DNA of 64,000 bases from a virus: the IMG/VR virus record IMGVR_UViG_3300044591_002613. One strand, given 5' to 3'. The translations under genes were made by a program, and so were the position numbers. Positions 30,271 to 39,302 of this stretch are shown in pieces. A model generated the notes under the pieces. It worked only from the letters and a program-made list of their open reading frames with translations, was not told where the DNA came from and did no database searches. How positions within the stretch are numbered: position 1 is the stretch's first letter; each line of letters begins with the position of its first letter.

Positions 30271-30744
30271 ATGGACAAGAAAGAGAAAATTAAACTGCTC
30301 AGTGATGTTCAGTCGGCTCTCGAGAACGAGGCTTTGAAGGAAGGTATTTTGACGCTCCCTAGCGGAGAATTTCTTTGGGGTCACATTCAAAAAAGCCTAA
30401 ATGCCGTGCTAGAGCAACTGTTAGAAAATAACAACCCAGAAACGACTAAGGCTATTTCTGAAGTAGAAGAAAAAGCAGTAAAACTAGCGGCTTTGTTCAA
30501 AGAAATCTCAAGTAATCCTGTAGTGGAAGTGCTGCAGCGCATTAATCAAAACCTTTCTTCTCCCACATCAAAACAGCAAACTCCCGTGGGAAACGGGACG
30601 CTGACGACGACAGCAAACCCACGCACACCGTCGCCAGTAATCACAGCAACTCAGGAAGAGCTGCAGAGGGAGTGGGAAGAGCAACAACGCCAGAATGCAG
30701 CGCCATCACGCCGACGCGGAGGCGGAGCCTTTGGTCCTTATTAA
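30271..30744 (+). CDS. Hypothetical protein
   Basis: Helical N-terminus and low-complexity C-terminus. Start placed just after the recA stop. Confidence 0.55.
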   Translation: MDKKEKIKLLSDVQSALENEALKEGILTLPSGEFLWGHIQKSLNAVLEQLLENNNPETTKAISEVEEKAVKLAALFKEISSNPVVEVLQRINQNLSSPTSKQQTPVGNGTLTTTANPRTPSPVITATQEELQREWEEQQRQNAAPSRRRGGGAFGPY

Positions 30745-30760
30745 AATCGGGAATTAAAAA

Positions 30761-31666
30761 ATGTCTACAGTGCATATTAAAGGCTTTGGACTGATTGGCT
30801 CACTTCTTGCCTGGGAACTTACTAGTAGAAAGATTATGTTTTCGTGGGAAGACAACGATACACCCGGTGCATGGAAAGCCAGCACTGGGTGTATTTATCC
30901 ATCGGGAGAAGAACTAGACGCCGTTAATTATGATCTTTGGCTGCAATCATTCGGCCAAGCAGATCGCAGGCCAATTATTTTGTTTTCGGAAGCCGTTCCT
31001 TATGGGTATACACAAAAAAGCATTCCGCATCATAATAACTCCAAAGAGCTAAAATATGTAGAAACTGTTGGAAATATTAAGATTTTAAATAAACAGTCAA
31101 TGCATGTAAATGTGCAAGCGTTTGTGCAGTTTACCCAAGAATTTTTCTTTTCTGCGCGTATAGATAAAACTCCAACAAATCGTCTCGTTATTCACGCTAA
31201 TGGGTTTCATAAATATAAACCCACTGATTATCGTTGGGGTTGGTCGGTAGAGTGTAAGCCAAGCGGAGAAGTGTTTAATCGTTATCCCAGGTTTTGCCTA
31301 AACGCTAAAGAGGGGCGATTTATAAACGCGTATTTATATCCAAAACCTACTACCGACACTTACTATCTTGGAACTCATTTTATTTATCAAAAAGAGCAAA
31401 AAGATTTAGAAATTAAGGACAAGATTGAAAAAATTGTTCAGCATATTTCTAAAGTGACCGATGGCCAAGTGAGCATTGAAATAACTGGCGAGCCTAAAAC
31501 TGGTTGGAGGCCGGCTTATATGGAAGAATACTCGCACGCATTTATCCAAGAAGGCAGTTCTATGTATGTAACGCCAAAGTCTGCAAACGGTTTACGCCAC
31601 GCCCCAACGTATATTAAAGAACTTGCCGATGGCATTCAAGAGTATTTGTATGCAACATCTATTTAA
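30761..31666 (+). CDS. FAD-dependent oxidoreductase (DAO/glycine oxidase-like), candidate DNA-hypermodification flavoenzyme
   Basis: Rossmann motif VHIKGFGLIGSLLAWEL, AWKASTG, GWRP and ANGLRHAP. Overlaps the amino acid:DNA transferase gene. Confidence 0.75.
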   Translation: MSTVHIKGFGLIGSLLAWELTSRKIMFSWEDNDTPGAWKASTGCIYPSGEELDAVNYDLWLQSFGQADRRPIILFSEAVPYGYTQKSIPHHNNSKELKYVETVGNIKILNKQSMHVNVQAFVQFTQEFFFSARIDKTPTNRLVIHANGFHKYKPTDYRWGWSVECKPSGEVFNRYPRFCLNAKEGRFINAYLYPKPTTDTYYLGTHFIYQKEQKDLEIKDKIEKIVQHISKVTDGQVSIEITGEPKTGWRPAYMEEYSHAFIQEGSSMYVTPKSANGLRHAPTYIKELADGIQEYLYATSI

Positions 31667-32513
31667 TTTTGCAGATTTTGAGAAAGCCAGCTTAGCCTTA
31701 ATCCATACACAAGACGTTGATCCTGTTTATCCTTTTCTTAAATCGGTCATAAAACATGAAAAGTTTAATCCCGAAACGGCAATTTTCATGTACGTTTACT
31801 ATTACTCTATCGAGAGTATGGTTTTGTTCATGCGTGGAGTTGCTGAAGGCAAAACTTCCACGCAAATGTTTGAAAAAATTAGTAAGTTTGGAATGGAACG
31901 CGGTCGAACTCCGCAAGTCCGCCGTATAGAAAATTTTGAAAAAGCTTTTGATCGATGGTTAACAGTTGAATCAAAATTCAAAACAGAATCATTAGATTTT
32001 AATAGCGGTCGAGAGTTATTCAAAACCATTCCATATTTTGGCGATTGGGCTTGCTATAAAACATGCGAACTCATGGATCAAACACTTGGTTACAGTAACC
32101 TCCGCATTGACGGATTGGGAATCGAAGCCTCTGACCCTAATAAAAACACCGGACCTGTATTTGGTCTACGTTACCTATACGGTATTAACCAAAAATTTAC
32201 TAAAGACATAATTCCAGAATGGGAAGCTTTAGGCTGGAATTTATCAAAAGTCTGGAATGCCCCAATTGGTCAAGTCGAGAGCTGTTTGTGTAAAGTACCT
32301 AAAATATTGCATAAGGGGAGTTATGTAGTTGGACATGACATTAATGAATTTCTAGTTCTTAAAAAACCAGAATTATATCCAGATAACATATTTTGGAATT
32401 TAATCAATGAATGCGGATTTGATCATAAATTTTTGCAACATCATTTTTCAGTAAAAGAAAAAACTGCGTACATTAAAACCAAACAATTGCTTTTTGTGGA
32501 GGAAGCCATATGA
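31650..32513 (+). CDS. Amino acid:DNA transferase (aGPT-Pplase2/AADT family, HhH glycosylase-like fold)
   Basis: DVDPVY, YVYYY, GMERGR, HhH-like IPYFGDWACYKTCEL, GPVFGL, VESCLCK and YVVGHDI. Confidence 0.75.
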   Translation: MQHLFNFADFEKASLALIHTQDVDPVYPFLKSVIKHEKFNPETAIFMYVYYYSIESMVLFMRGVAEGKTSTQMFEKISKFGMERGRTPQVRRIENFEKAFDRWLTVESKFKTESLDFNSGRELFKTIPYFGDWACYKTCELMDQTLGYSNLRIDGLGIEASDPNKNTGPVFGLRYLYGINQKFTKDIIPEWEALGWNLSKVWNAPIGQVESCLCKVPKILHKGSYVVGHDINEFLVLKKPELYPDNIFWNLINECGFDHKFLQHHFSVKEKTAYIKTKQLLFVEEAI

Positions 32514-32839
32514 AAAAGAAAAGTAAGTCAAATAAGTATAGCCATTTGAGTGATATTGAAAAAGCTTTCGTAAAGAACTATTCTTACGATGAATTGCAAA
32601 TGCTAAAGACCTACAGTGTCGATAAGCTAAAGCAGATTATCGCAGAACAGAATGCGCATGTTCTAAAGGCAAAGAAGGAAATGGAGGCTAATTCAGAATT
32701 CAAATCTGCACAAGAAATTTTGCAAACATTTCGTAGTGCCTTCAATGAAACAAGAAACTTTGCAGACTCTAAACGAGTATTGGCTCTTTCCTTGCTGCAG
32801 AAGGAGGGGATTGTAGACATGGGTGCTGAATTAGAGTAA
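32510..32839 (+). CDS. Hypothetical coiled-coil protein
   Basis: 109-aa ORF with SD GGAGG and ATGA overlap. Confidence 0.6.
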   Translation: MKKKSKSNKYSHLSDIEKAFVKNYSYDELQMLKTYSVDKLKQIIAEQNAHVLKAKKEMEANSEFKSAQEILQTFRSAFNETRNFADSKRVLALSLLQKEGIVDMGAELE

Positions 32840-32849
32840 GGGCAAAACA

Positions 32850-33224
32850 ATGATTGTTAATGAAACTAAAATTACATTAAAAATGTTTTGCAAAACTCTT
32901 AATATCCCAGTACCTTCTACTGAAGATCATCAACTTTTTATGAAAAATTATGTAGAACAACATAATTTGGACTGGAATAATTTAACAGAAAAAATTAAAA
33001 AGAATAAAGAAAAAACATCTAGTCGACGAAAACAAAGACATAAAGAGTTAATGGAAGAACTGCGCAAGGCAGACGAAAAATTCTTTTTAGACCACGGAGC
33101 TGCTAAAGCCAAAGATCGTAATTGTCTTAAATGCAATACTGTATTTTTTTCACCAAACGGTAATAGGATTTGTACTAAATGCCATAAAACAAACCAGGAG
33201 TATATTGAGGGCTTCCATGACTAA
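32850..33224 (+). CDS. Zinc-finger protein
   Basis: RNCLKCNTVFFSPNGNRICTKC. Confidence 0.65.
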   Translation: MIVNETKITLKMFCKTLNIPVPSTEDHQLFMKNYVEQHNLDWNNLTEKIKKNKEKTSSRRKQRHKELMEELRKADEKFFLDHGAAKAKDRNCLKCNTVFFSPNGNRICTKCHKTNQEYIEGFHD

Positions 33225-33855
33225 AGTAGCAATTTTTCTAATGGGCGCAGGCGCCACTGGCAAAACGACAACTAGAAATACTTTTTGCCAGGGTGATGGC
33301 AAAGAAATTTCTAAAATGGGTAAATTTATTAAAAAACGTATGCCTAATAGAGGGGCTACAATTGAGCAGAAATATAGTATTGTTCAATACGATAATTGTG
33401 TTTTGGTTGGTAATAAAAATTCTGGCACGGATTCCATAACTACACCATCGCTGGTTAGAACGGGCTTCTTTGATGCTCTAGAGCTATCAGATACAGTTAT
33501 TATCGATGGCGTTATGTCGACCTCTCGTTGGGTAGAAATGGTTAACGAATATCGGCATAAAGAAGATATTAAAGTCGTTGTTGTACATTACGACTTTGCC
33601 GTAGAAAAGATCAGAGAGCGTCTTTCATTGCGCAGAAAAAATGCGGGCATCGTAGAAGAACGTCTTCCTGACTTAACATTTAATAATGTTCAGGTCTTTA
33701 CGGATAGAGCAAAGATGTGCGTAGGATATTTCTTGGATTTATGCCGCGCCCCTGTTACTCTAGTAAAAGTAGATTTTGAAGATTCACCCGAACAAGTAGT
33801 GCAAAAGCTACAGCAAGGAATTAAAGAATGTTTGTCTACGGCACCTTCCCTGTAG
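33217..33855 (+). CDS. P-loop nucleotide kinase, candidate 5-hydroxymethyluracil-DNA kinase
   Basis: Walker A GAGATGKTT, SGTDSI, Walker B IIDG and lid RERLSLRR. Adjacent to AADT. Confidence 0.65.
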   Translation: MTKVAIFLMGAGATGKTTTRNTFCQGDGKEISKMGKFIKKRMPNRGATIEQKYSIVQYDNCVLVGNKNSGTDSITTPSLVRTGFFDALELSDTVIIDGVMSTSRWVEMVNEYRHKEDIKVVVVHYDFAVEKIRERLSLRRKNAGIVEERLPDLTFNNVQVFTDRAKMCVGYFLDLCRAPVTLVKVDFEDSPEQVVQKLQQGIKECLSTAPSL

Positions 33856-34364
33856 TTAGCACAGAGATCCTATTTGACGTTCTTAAAAAACGCAGTAGCG
33901 ATCCTCTAGTTCAGGTGGTTGCAATTGCCGTAGACACATCAACTAATTCCGTTATTGCCTATGGCGTTAACAAAATAATTTCAGCATTTGAAAAAAATGC
34001 AAGGGCTCTTTCTGAGCTTGCGGTTGATAAAAATCCTGCCAAAAAATTCTTAGTTCGCCATGCAGAAATTGATCTTTTAGAAAAAATGACGCAAACAATG
34101 AATATTGATAAATATCAATTTATTGTAAGTATACAGCCCTGCATGGCTTGTATGACTAAACTGCTTGATAAAAATATCAATAGTATTGGTTATATTAAAG
34201 AAAATCGCCACCAAGATGAACAAGAAATTATGAAGCCTTTTTTATCCAATATCCAATATGGTAAAATAGAGCATAAAATGGTTTGCGTACCACCTTGGAT
34301 TGTAACAGAGGCCGAACTTGAACAAACTGTTAGAAATAATCGAACTATGCAAGAAAATGGCTAA
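33828..34364 (+). CDS. dCMP/cytidine deaminase family protein
   Basis: RSSDP..QV, GVN, HAE and QPCMAC zinc motifs. Confidence 0.8.
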   Translation: MFVYGTFPVVSTEILFDVLKKRSSDPLVQVVAIAVDTSTNSVIAYGVNKIISAFEKNARALSELAVDKNPAKKFLVRHAEIDLLEKMTQTMNIDKYQFIVSIQPCMACMTKLLDKNINSIGYIKENRHQDEQEIMKPFLSNIQYGKIEHKMVCVPPWIVTEAELEQTVRNNRTMQENG

Positions 34365-34551
34365 ATCCACGCCTGCGGAAACTGTACAAGACAGAATGTA
34401 TAAAATTCTTGATGGTTCTGTATCTTCTATTTCCAAAAAAACTACAGTTAAAACTCCAGAAATAAAAATGCCGGAAGCCCCTAAACTTCCGGGTACATCT
34501 ATTCCCACGGGTTCTCGTCAAAAAAACAAGATTGGTAATTCCGAAGTTTAA
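34318..34551 (+). CDS. Small basic protein, possible internal head protein
   Basis: TTG start after GAGG. LCKKMAKS resembles the N-terminus of the 36026 protein. Confidence 0.4.
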   Translation: MNKLLEIIELCKKMAKSTPAETVQDRMYKILDGSVSSISKKTTVKTPEIKMPEAPKLPGTSIPTGSRQKNKIGNSEV

Positions 34552-35000
34552 ATTAATTTTGCCTGATCATTTAATATTCTTTTAATTGAATCTTCAATAA
34601 TTTTAGTCACTTCCATAACATCTTCATGATTTTTAATAAAAGCCGGATCTTCAATTCGTTTTAAATCCAGGTCTGGCAGGACCGTGTAGAGCGGCTTGCA
34701 TTTATGTATAAATTGAACATGGTTTTTATACATATAGTTGAAATGTGCGGGGGCCATATATAAAACAATATCCGCCCACTCCATTAATTCTGCCGTAAGA
34801 TGCTGAGAACGTATTGTTGGCTCCGAATAACCTAATTCAATTAAACAACGACGCATTTTTTTAGCCATTAGGTAGTTTTTACCGGCACCTTCTGCAGTTC
34901 CAGCAGATTTAACTTCCATATGCGGCGCCAGGCATTTAAGGATATGCTCCGCAGTTGGGCTGCGGAATTTATTACCGGTGCAAATGAATAAAACTTTCAT
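34548..35000 (-). CDS. Low-molecular-weight phosphatase (LMW-PTP/ArsC fold)
   Basis: VLFICTGNKFRSPTAE (CX5R), SAGT, WADIVLYM and IEDP. Confidence 0.85.
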   Translation of the reverse strand: MKVLFICTGNKFRSPTAEHILKCLAPHMEVKSAGTAEGAGKNYLMAKKMRRCLIELGYSEPTIRSQHLTAELMEWADIVLYMAPAHFNYMYKNHVQFIHKCKPLYTVLPDLDLKRIEDPAFIKNHEDVMEVTKIIEDSIKRILNDQAKLI

Positions 35001-35007
35001 TTAATCC

Positions 35008-35931
35008 TCAATAAAGAGTTTGTTCGTCAACTAAGCCTTGCTCAATTAAACGTTTGTAGTTTTCTCGTACCTCAGAGCGTTTGTTATGATAAACATTAGT
35101 TTGCCTAAAAATTTTATCTAGTTCGTGGTCATACGGGTGAAAATTTTGAAACACTAAGTCTGGATTGTTTTCCAAAATCTGCTTGGGTGTATAGCCAGTA
35201 ACAAAGACTGCTTCCATAAGCAACTTAGGCCATTTATACGCCGACAGCATTTTATTTAGATCCGGCGACATAGTAAAATGCCTAAATTCAATGGTTTCGG
35301 TGTCTTCAAACACTTGCTTAAGATTTACACCAGCCCTAACCACAACATGCCACATAGGCTGCCCAAACCGATTTTTAGGGGCATGAGCCTCATAAAACTC
35401 GCGTGGTGACTTAGCATTCATCATAAGTTTATAAACTTTTTCTGATACGCGGTATCTATGGGACTTATTGCGACGACGCCATCTTGAAACAGCACCGTTA
35501 TAAAAGTCCGGATTAGAAAATTTAAGCTGTCGTTCTGGGAACGGATTTGGGTCTATGAGTTCATAGATTTCTTCGTCATATTTACGAAGATATGCAGTAA
35601 TTTTCTTTAGGGCCTCTAGATCATCCTTCAGTCCGGGAATACGAATATGAACATGCAGATTAGTAGTAAAGTTAAAGTGTTTTTTAGGCAAAAGATCATA
35701 AATTTCTTTAGTAGCGCGAAGCAACTCTTCCGGAGAGTTTTCTGGCTTCATTTGAATCTCGCCACCATATCGATTAAAAACTTTTTTAGGATCATTTGCA
35801 GTTCCATTGGAATTACAGATAGATCCATCTTTATCACACCATCTATTTCCCGGCGGAAGAATAATTTTTGTATCAACATCGCCAAGTTCTAATTCGGCGC
35901 CAAACGTCATCTTGCTTAAATCAATTGCCAT
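35008..35931 (-). CDS. Putative amidoligase (glutamine-synthetase-like COOH-NH2 ligase)
   Basis: TFGAELELGD, DGS, GGEI, NLHVHI, VNL and TIEFRHF. Confidence 0.8.
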   Translation of the reverse strand: MAIDLSKMTFGAELELGDVDTKIILPPGNRWCDKDGSICNSNGTANDPKKVFNRYGGEIQMKPENSPEELLRATKEIYDLLPKKHFNFTTNLHVHIRIPGLKDDLEALKKITAYLRKYDEEIYELIDPNPFPERQLKFSNPDFYNGAVSRWRRRNKSHRYRVSEKVYKLMMNAKSPREFYEAHAPKNRFGQPMWHVVVRAGVNLKQVFEDTETIEFRHFTMSPDLNKMLSAYKWPKLLMEAVFVTGYTPKQILENNPDLVFQNFHPYDHELDKIFRQTNVYHNKRSEVRENYKRLIEQGLVDEQTLY

Positions 35932-35943
35932 AGGCGACTCCAA

Positions 35944-35952
35944 GTGTATAAT
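35944..35952 (+). promoter_or_regulatory. Candidate late promoter box GTGTATAAT
   Basis: Upstream of the 36026 gene and lysis cassette. Identical to the boxes before the capsid and 14620 genes. Confidence 0.5.
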
Positions 35953-36025
35953 TTATACTAGCGATTTGCTAATATAAGACAATGGCATTAATTTCATTAA
36001 AAGTCAAGGTTTTTTGGAGAAAAGA

Positions 36026-37738
36026 ATGAGCATTCATCATCTTAAAAAAATGCACAAAATGTGTAAGGCAATGCCCGTTGATCAGGCCGTAGAAGAAATC
36101 AAAGGACCGGCTAAAGTCAATGAAGTAATGCCTAAAGTTGCTCCAGAAGATCGAGCCGATGTTTTTAACAAGTTGCGAATGGAAAAAGCAACAGAGCTAC
36201 AAAAACAGGCTATGCCAGCTGGCGGTGCAAGACCTGGGACAGAAATGAGCCCGGCTATGGTTCAAACTTCTTCTCAAACTGCAATGGCAAAAGCGGACGA
36301 AGAGAACGATGACGCTGCTCTTACAGATGCTATGAAAGATTTAAAACGTCAGAAAAGATTTAGAGATGTAGCTAAGTTAGCACAGGACATGGGCGAAGCT
36401 GCAGAGCGTAGTGGAGATGCAAAAACAGCGCAGGCTCACTATAAAACTGCTCTAAGATATCACAATAAACATGCCGAACAAGACTATACAGGAAAACCTG
36501 TTGATGTTAGTGTTCCTAAAACCGAAGCAGTAACCGTTCCAAGAAAAGTTGGTCGTGATACTGAAGTACGTCGTCAGTTTGAGCAAGATCTTGCGCCTTT
36601 GCAAGAAGAACTTAGGTCTTTAACTAAACCAAAAACCGAAGAAGAAATTAAAAACGCACAAGATCCAAAGATTGCTCCTCAAAGATTAAAAAGAATTAAA
36701 GAATTAAACGAGCAAATTTTAGACAGAAAACAAAAATTTGGCGCTGCAGCACTTGGCCTTGGCGATCCTAAATCACCTAACTATGATCCTGATTTTGAAG
36801 ATCCCGATACAAAAAGTGCTCTTTATGATCCTAATGTTTCTATGGCTGCAGAACAATTCCGCGCACAACAAAAACCCGTTTCTGAAGAAATGCCAAAAGA
36901 ATTCTTGGAACAAGAAGAAACTAGACAGGTTCCTGGGTTTGAAACAAAACGTCAATACCAAGGAAGAGCCGATCAAAGTTTATCAAGCAGAAGTTACTCA
37001 CCAGATTCTCGTGGCTCGTTGACACAATTAACAGGGCCTGGAGTAAGAGGTGTGCCTGGTCGTAGTTCTAAGTTCGGTCCTAGCGCACAGGCTCAGGCTG
37101 AACACATGGATTGGTTTTTAGCTCGTCAAGGGGCTAAGGGTGGTTCTGGACTAAGGCCACAAGGAGCGGCTGAACGAGAAGTAGGCGATGCAACCGAAGG
37201 GGCGGCGCAAGAAGCACAAAGCGTTGTCTCGCAACCAAATTATTCTCCCGGTTCTGGTGAATTCAAAAGAAAAGTCAAGCCAAAATCTGGTGGCGGAGAT
37301 GTAGTAGCAGGCGGTGGCGCGGCTGAATATGCAGCTAGAATTGCTGAACTAAAGGCTAGACAAGAGGCAGCCCAAAAACAAAAAGTTTCCGCTGAAGCTC
37401 AAAAACCACAAGAAATTCCTTCTGCGAATGAAGGATTTGTAGCAATGCCTAAAGCAGAAATTGAAAGAAGAATGAAAGAAAAACAAGGCGCAAGCGACGA
37501 ACAGGCTGCTAAGTCTATGTATAAATCTGCAGAGCAGGCTAAAAATCCAGCGTTTATGAAAAGACCAAAAGAAGGGACGGTTGCTGGCGAAATTCCAGAA
37601 TCCGACATTGTTGGTGACTATTCTAAACGAATGGGAGAAGAAAAATCTGTGAATGACAAGCCAGCAAAAAAACAAGGGTTTGGCAGCGCGGAAACTCTTA
37701 AAAAGGCCCATTCTTTATTAAAGAAGAAATATAAATAA
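36026..37738 (+). CDS. Large hydrophilic, probably disordered protein; candidate internal head/ejection protein
   Basis: Rich in K/E/Q/A/G/P with no hydrophobic core. MCKA, MEKA, MAKA, AKSMYKS, EEKS and LKKA motifs lie near both termini. Confidence 0.5.
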   Translation: MSIHHLKKMHKMCKAMPVDQAVEEIKGPAKVNEVMPKVAPEDRADVFNKLRMEKATELQKQAMPAGGARPGTEMSPAMVQTSSQTAMAKADEENDDAALTDAMKDLKRQKRFRDVAKLAQDMGEAAERSGDAKTAQAHYKTALRYHNKHAEQDYTGKPVDVSVPKTEAVTVPRKVGRDTEVRRQFEQDLAPLQEELRSLTKPKTEEEIKNAQDPKIAPQRLKRIKELNEQILDRKQKFGAAALGLGDPKSPNYDPDFEDPDTKSALYDPNVSMAAEQFRAQQKPVSEEMPKEFLEQEETRQVPGFETKRQYQGRADQSLSSRSYSPDSRGSLTQLTGPGVRGVPGRSSKFGPSAQAQAEHMDWFLARQGAKGGSGLRPQGAAEREVGDATEGAAQEAQSVVSQPNYSPGSGEFKRKVKPKSGGGDVVAGGGAAEYAARIAELKARQEAAQKQKVSAEAQKPQEIPSANEGFVAMPKAEIERRMKEKQGASDEQAAKSMYKSAEQAKNPAFMKRPKEGTVAGEIPESDIVGDYSKRMGEEKSVNDKPAKKQGFGSAETLKKAHSLLKKKYK

Positions 37739-37977
37739 TGTTACTAAAACCATTTAATGGCTGCAGGCGCACTGCAATTGCATTTTATACAATAACAGTC
37801 TTAGCAATCCTAGGATTTGTTAACGATATAGACGTTGCAAGTCCAATTGCGTCTGTAGCCATTGCATTGGCTGCCGTAAATGGTGTAGAAAAAGCATACA
37901 AAGAACCTCGCATGAAACAAAAAGAGGATACTGAGTATGTTGGAAATGGACCAAAGAACAAAAAAGCTAGTAGCTGA
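37738..37977 (+). CDS. Putative holin
   Basis: Two hydrophobic segments and a charged C-terminal tail, immediately upstream of the endolysin. Confidence 0.6.
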   Translation: MLLKPFNGCRRTAIAFYTITVLAILGFVNDIDVASPIASVAIALAAVNGVEKAYKEPRMKQKEDTEYVGNGPKNKKASS

Positions 37978-38383
37978 GTTAATCCCACCGGCAAAAGAAG
38001 TAATGACTCGAATGCTAGAAATTGCATATGCCAACGGGCTAAATATGCAGTGCCATTCTGGTTATAGAGCACCCGAAGATCAAGACAAACTTTATGCCCT
38101 TGGACGTACCGAGCCTGGAAAGATTGTTACAAACGCAAAGGGTGGTCAGTCTACACATAATTATCGTTTAGCCTGCGATTTCCATTTTGTGGACAAAAAA
38201 GGCGCTATTATTTGGGACGAAAAGCTTTATCGCAAAATTTGGAGCCTAGTAAAGCCTATTCTTGAGCCAAAAGGTTTAAGATGGGCCGGTAATTGGAAAA
38301 AATTCAAAGAAACTGCTCATTTTGAATATAATCCACAAAATTTATCATGGCGTGATTTACAAAAGAAGAATCCTTATGTTTGA
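37937..38383 (+). CDS. Endolysin, M15 family (L-Ala-D-Glu peptidase-like)
   Basis: SGYR..EDQDKLYALGRT.PGKIVTNAKGGQSTHNYRLACDF...WAGNW..FKETAHFE. Confidence 0.9.
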   Translation: MLEMDQRTKKLVAELIPPAKEVMTRMLEIAYANGLNMQCHSGYRAPEDQDKLYALGRTEPGKIVTNAKGGQSTHNYRLACDFHFVDKKGAIIWDEKLYRKIWSLVKPILEPKGLRWAGNWKKFKETAHFEYNPQNLSWRDLQKKNPYV

Positions 38384-38930
38384 TAAAAAATATATTATAG
38401 TCGGAACGTTATGCCTAGTAGGCGGATATGCTATTGGTTATGGCAACCGTCCCGCGCCAGACATTCAAGTTAAAGAAGTATTTGTTTTCGATACCGAAAA
38501 ACTAGAAAAGGCTATTGCTGAAGAACGCGAACGTCTGGAAAAAGAATATCAATCTAAAAAATCCGAAAAAAAGATCACCAAGAAAATAACTAAGCCAAAT
38601 GGTGAAATTATTGAAACCACTAAAGAAGAATCTAAGTCCGAAGAAAATAGCTCCGAAGTTGTGCAAAAAGATAAAAAAGAATCAAAAGAAACTAAAGAAA
38701 CTGAAAGCGTGAAAAAAGAAACTGAAATTGTCCAAAAACAAAATTTATCTAAATATTCTGCCGGATTAATGGCAGAAAAACCAGTTGATAAACTATTATC
38801 GACTAAGCCAACTGAAGAATTAAACGTTGAATTAAATCTTGGGTTTAGATTGTATGGGCCACTATGGATTGAAACTGGATATGGGTTTAAAGATAAAAGC
38901 CTTGCCCTAGGATTTAAACTAGAGTTTTGA
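38376..38930 (+). CDS. Membrane-anchored lysis accessory (spanin-like) protein
   Basis: N-terminal TM segment, charged coiled/extended middle and C-terminal amphipathic beta-strands ending in Phe. Follows the endolysin. Confidence 0.5.
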   Translation: MFDKKYIIVGTLCLVGGYAIGYGNRPAPDIQVKEVFVFDTEKLEKAIAEERERLEKEYQSKKSEKKITKKITKPNGEIIETTKEESKSEENSSEVVQKDKKESKETKETESVKKETEIVQKQNLSKYSAGLMAEKPVDKLLSTKPTEELNVELNLGFRLYGPLWIETGYGFKDKSLALGFKLEF

Positions 38931-39302
38931 CATAAAAACTTCTAGAATTTGTATTGGAAATTTATTATCTGCTAAAAACTCTAAAAGATCTATTTTTGAA
39001 TTTGTTTCAAAGATAGATTCTTTTTTTATTTCTTCATATGAAATGATTTGTCCTTTAGTGTCTGTTAACATTACCCAAAAAAAACGCGGCAACCCAAGGT
39101 TGCCATGATGTAAGTTTTTCTTATTTATTCTTGTTGGCATTTTATACTTTTTGATATTGTTCCAACTAGGAAAGTTTGAACGCCACCATAAAAAGTACGA
39201 CTTAGGTTTTCTACCCTTGCCTGAGCGCCAGCAAATTATCATCCGGTTTTTGGTCACTAAGTACTTTTGCACGTTTAGTGGATTCTTTCGTATTTTTGGC
39301 AA
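38919..39302 (-). CDS. Hypothetical basic protein (start uncertain)
   Basis: Fills the gap downstream of the polymerase and overlaps its 3' end. Confidence 0.4.
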   Translation of the reverse strand: MPKIRKNPLNVQKYLVTKNRMIICWRSGKGRKPKSYFLWWRSNFPSWNNIKKYKMPTRINKKNLHHGNLGLPRFFWVMLTDTKGQIISYEEIKKESIFETNSKIDLLEFLADNKFPIQILEVFMSKL

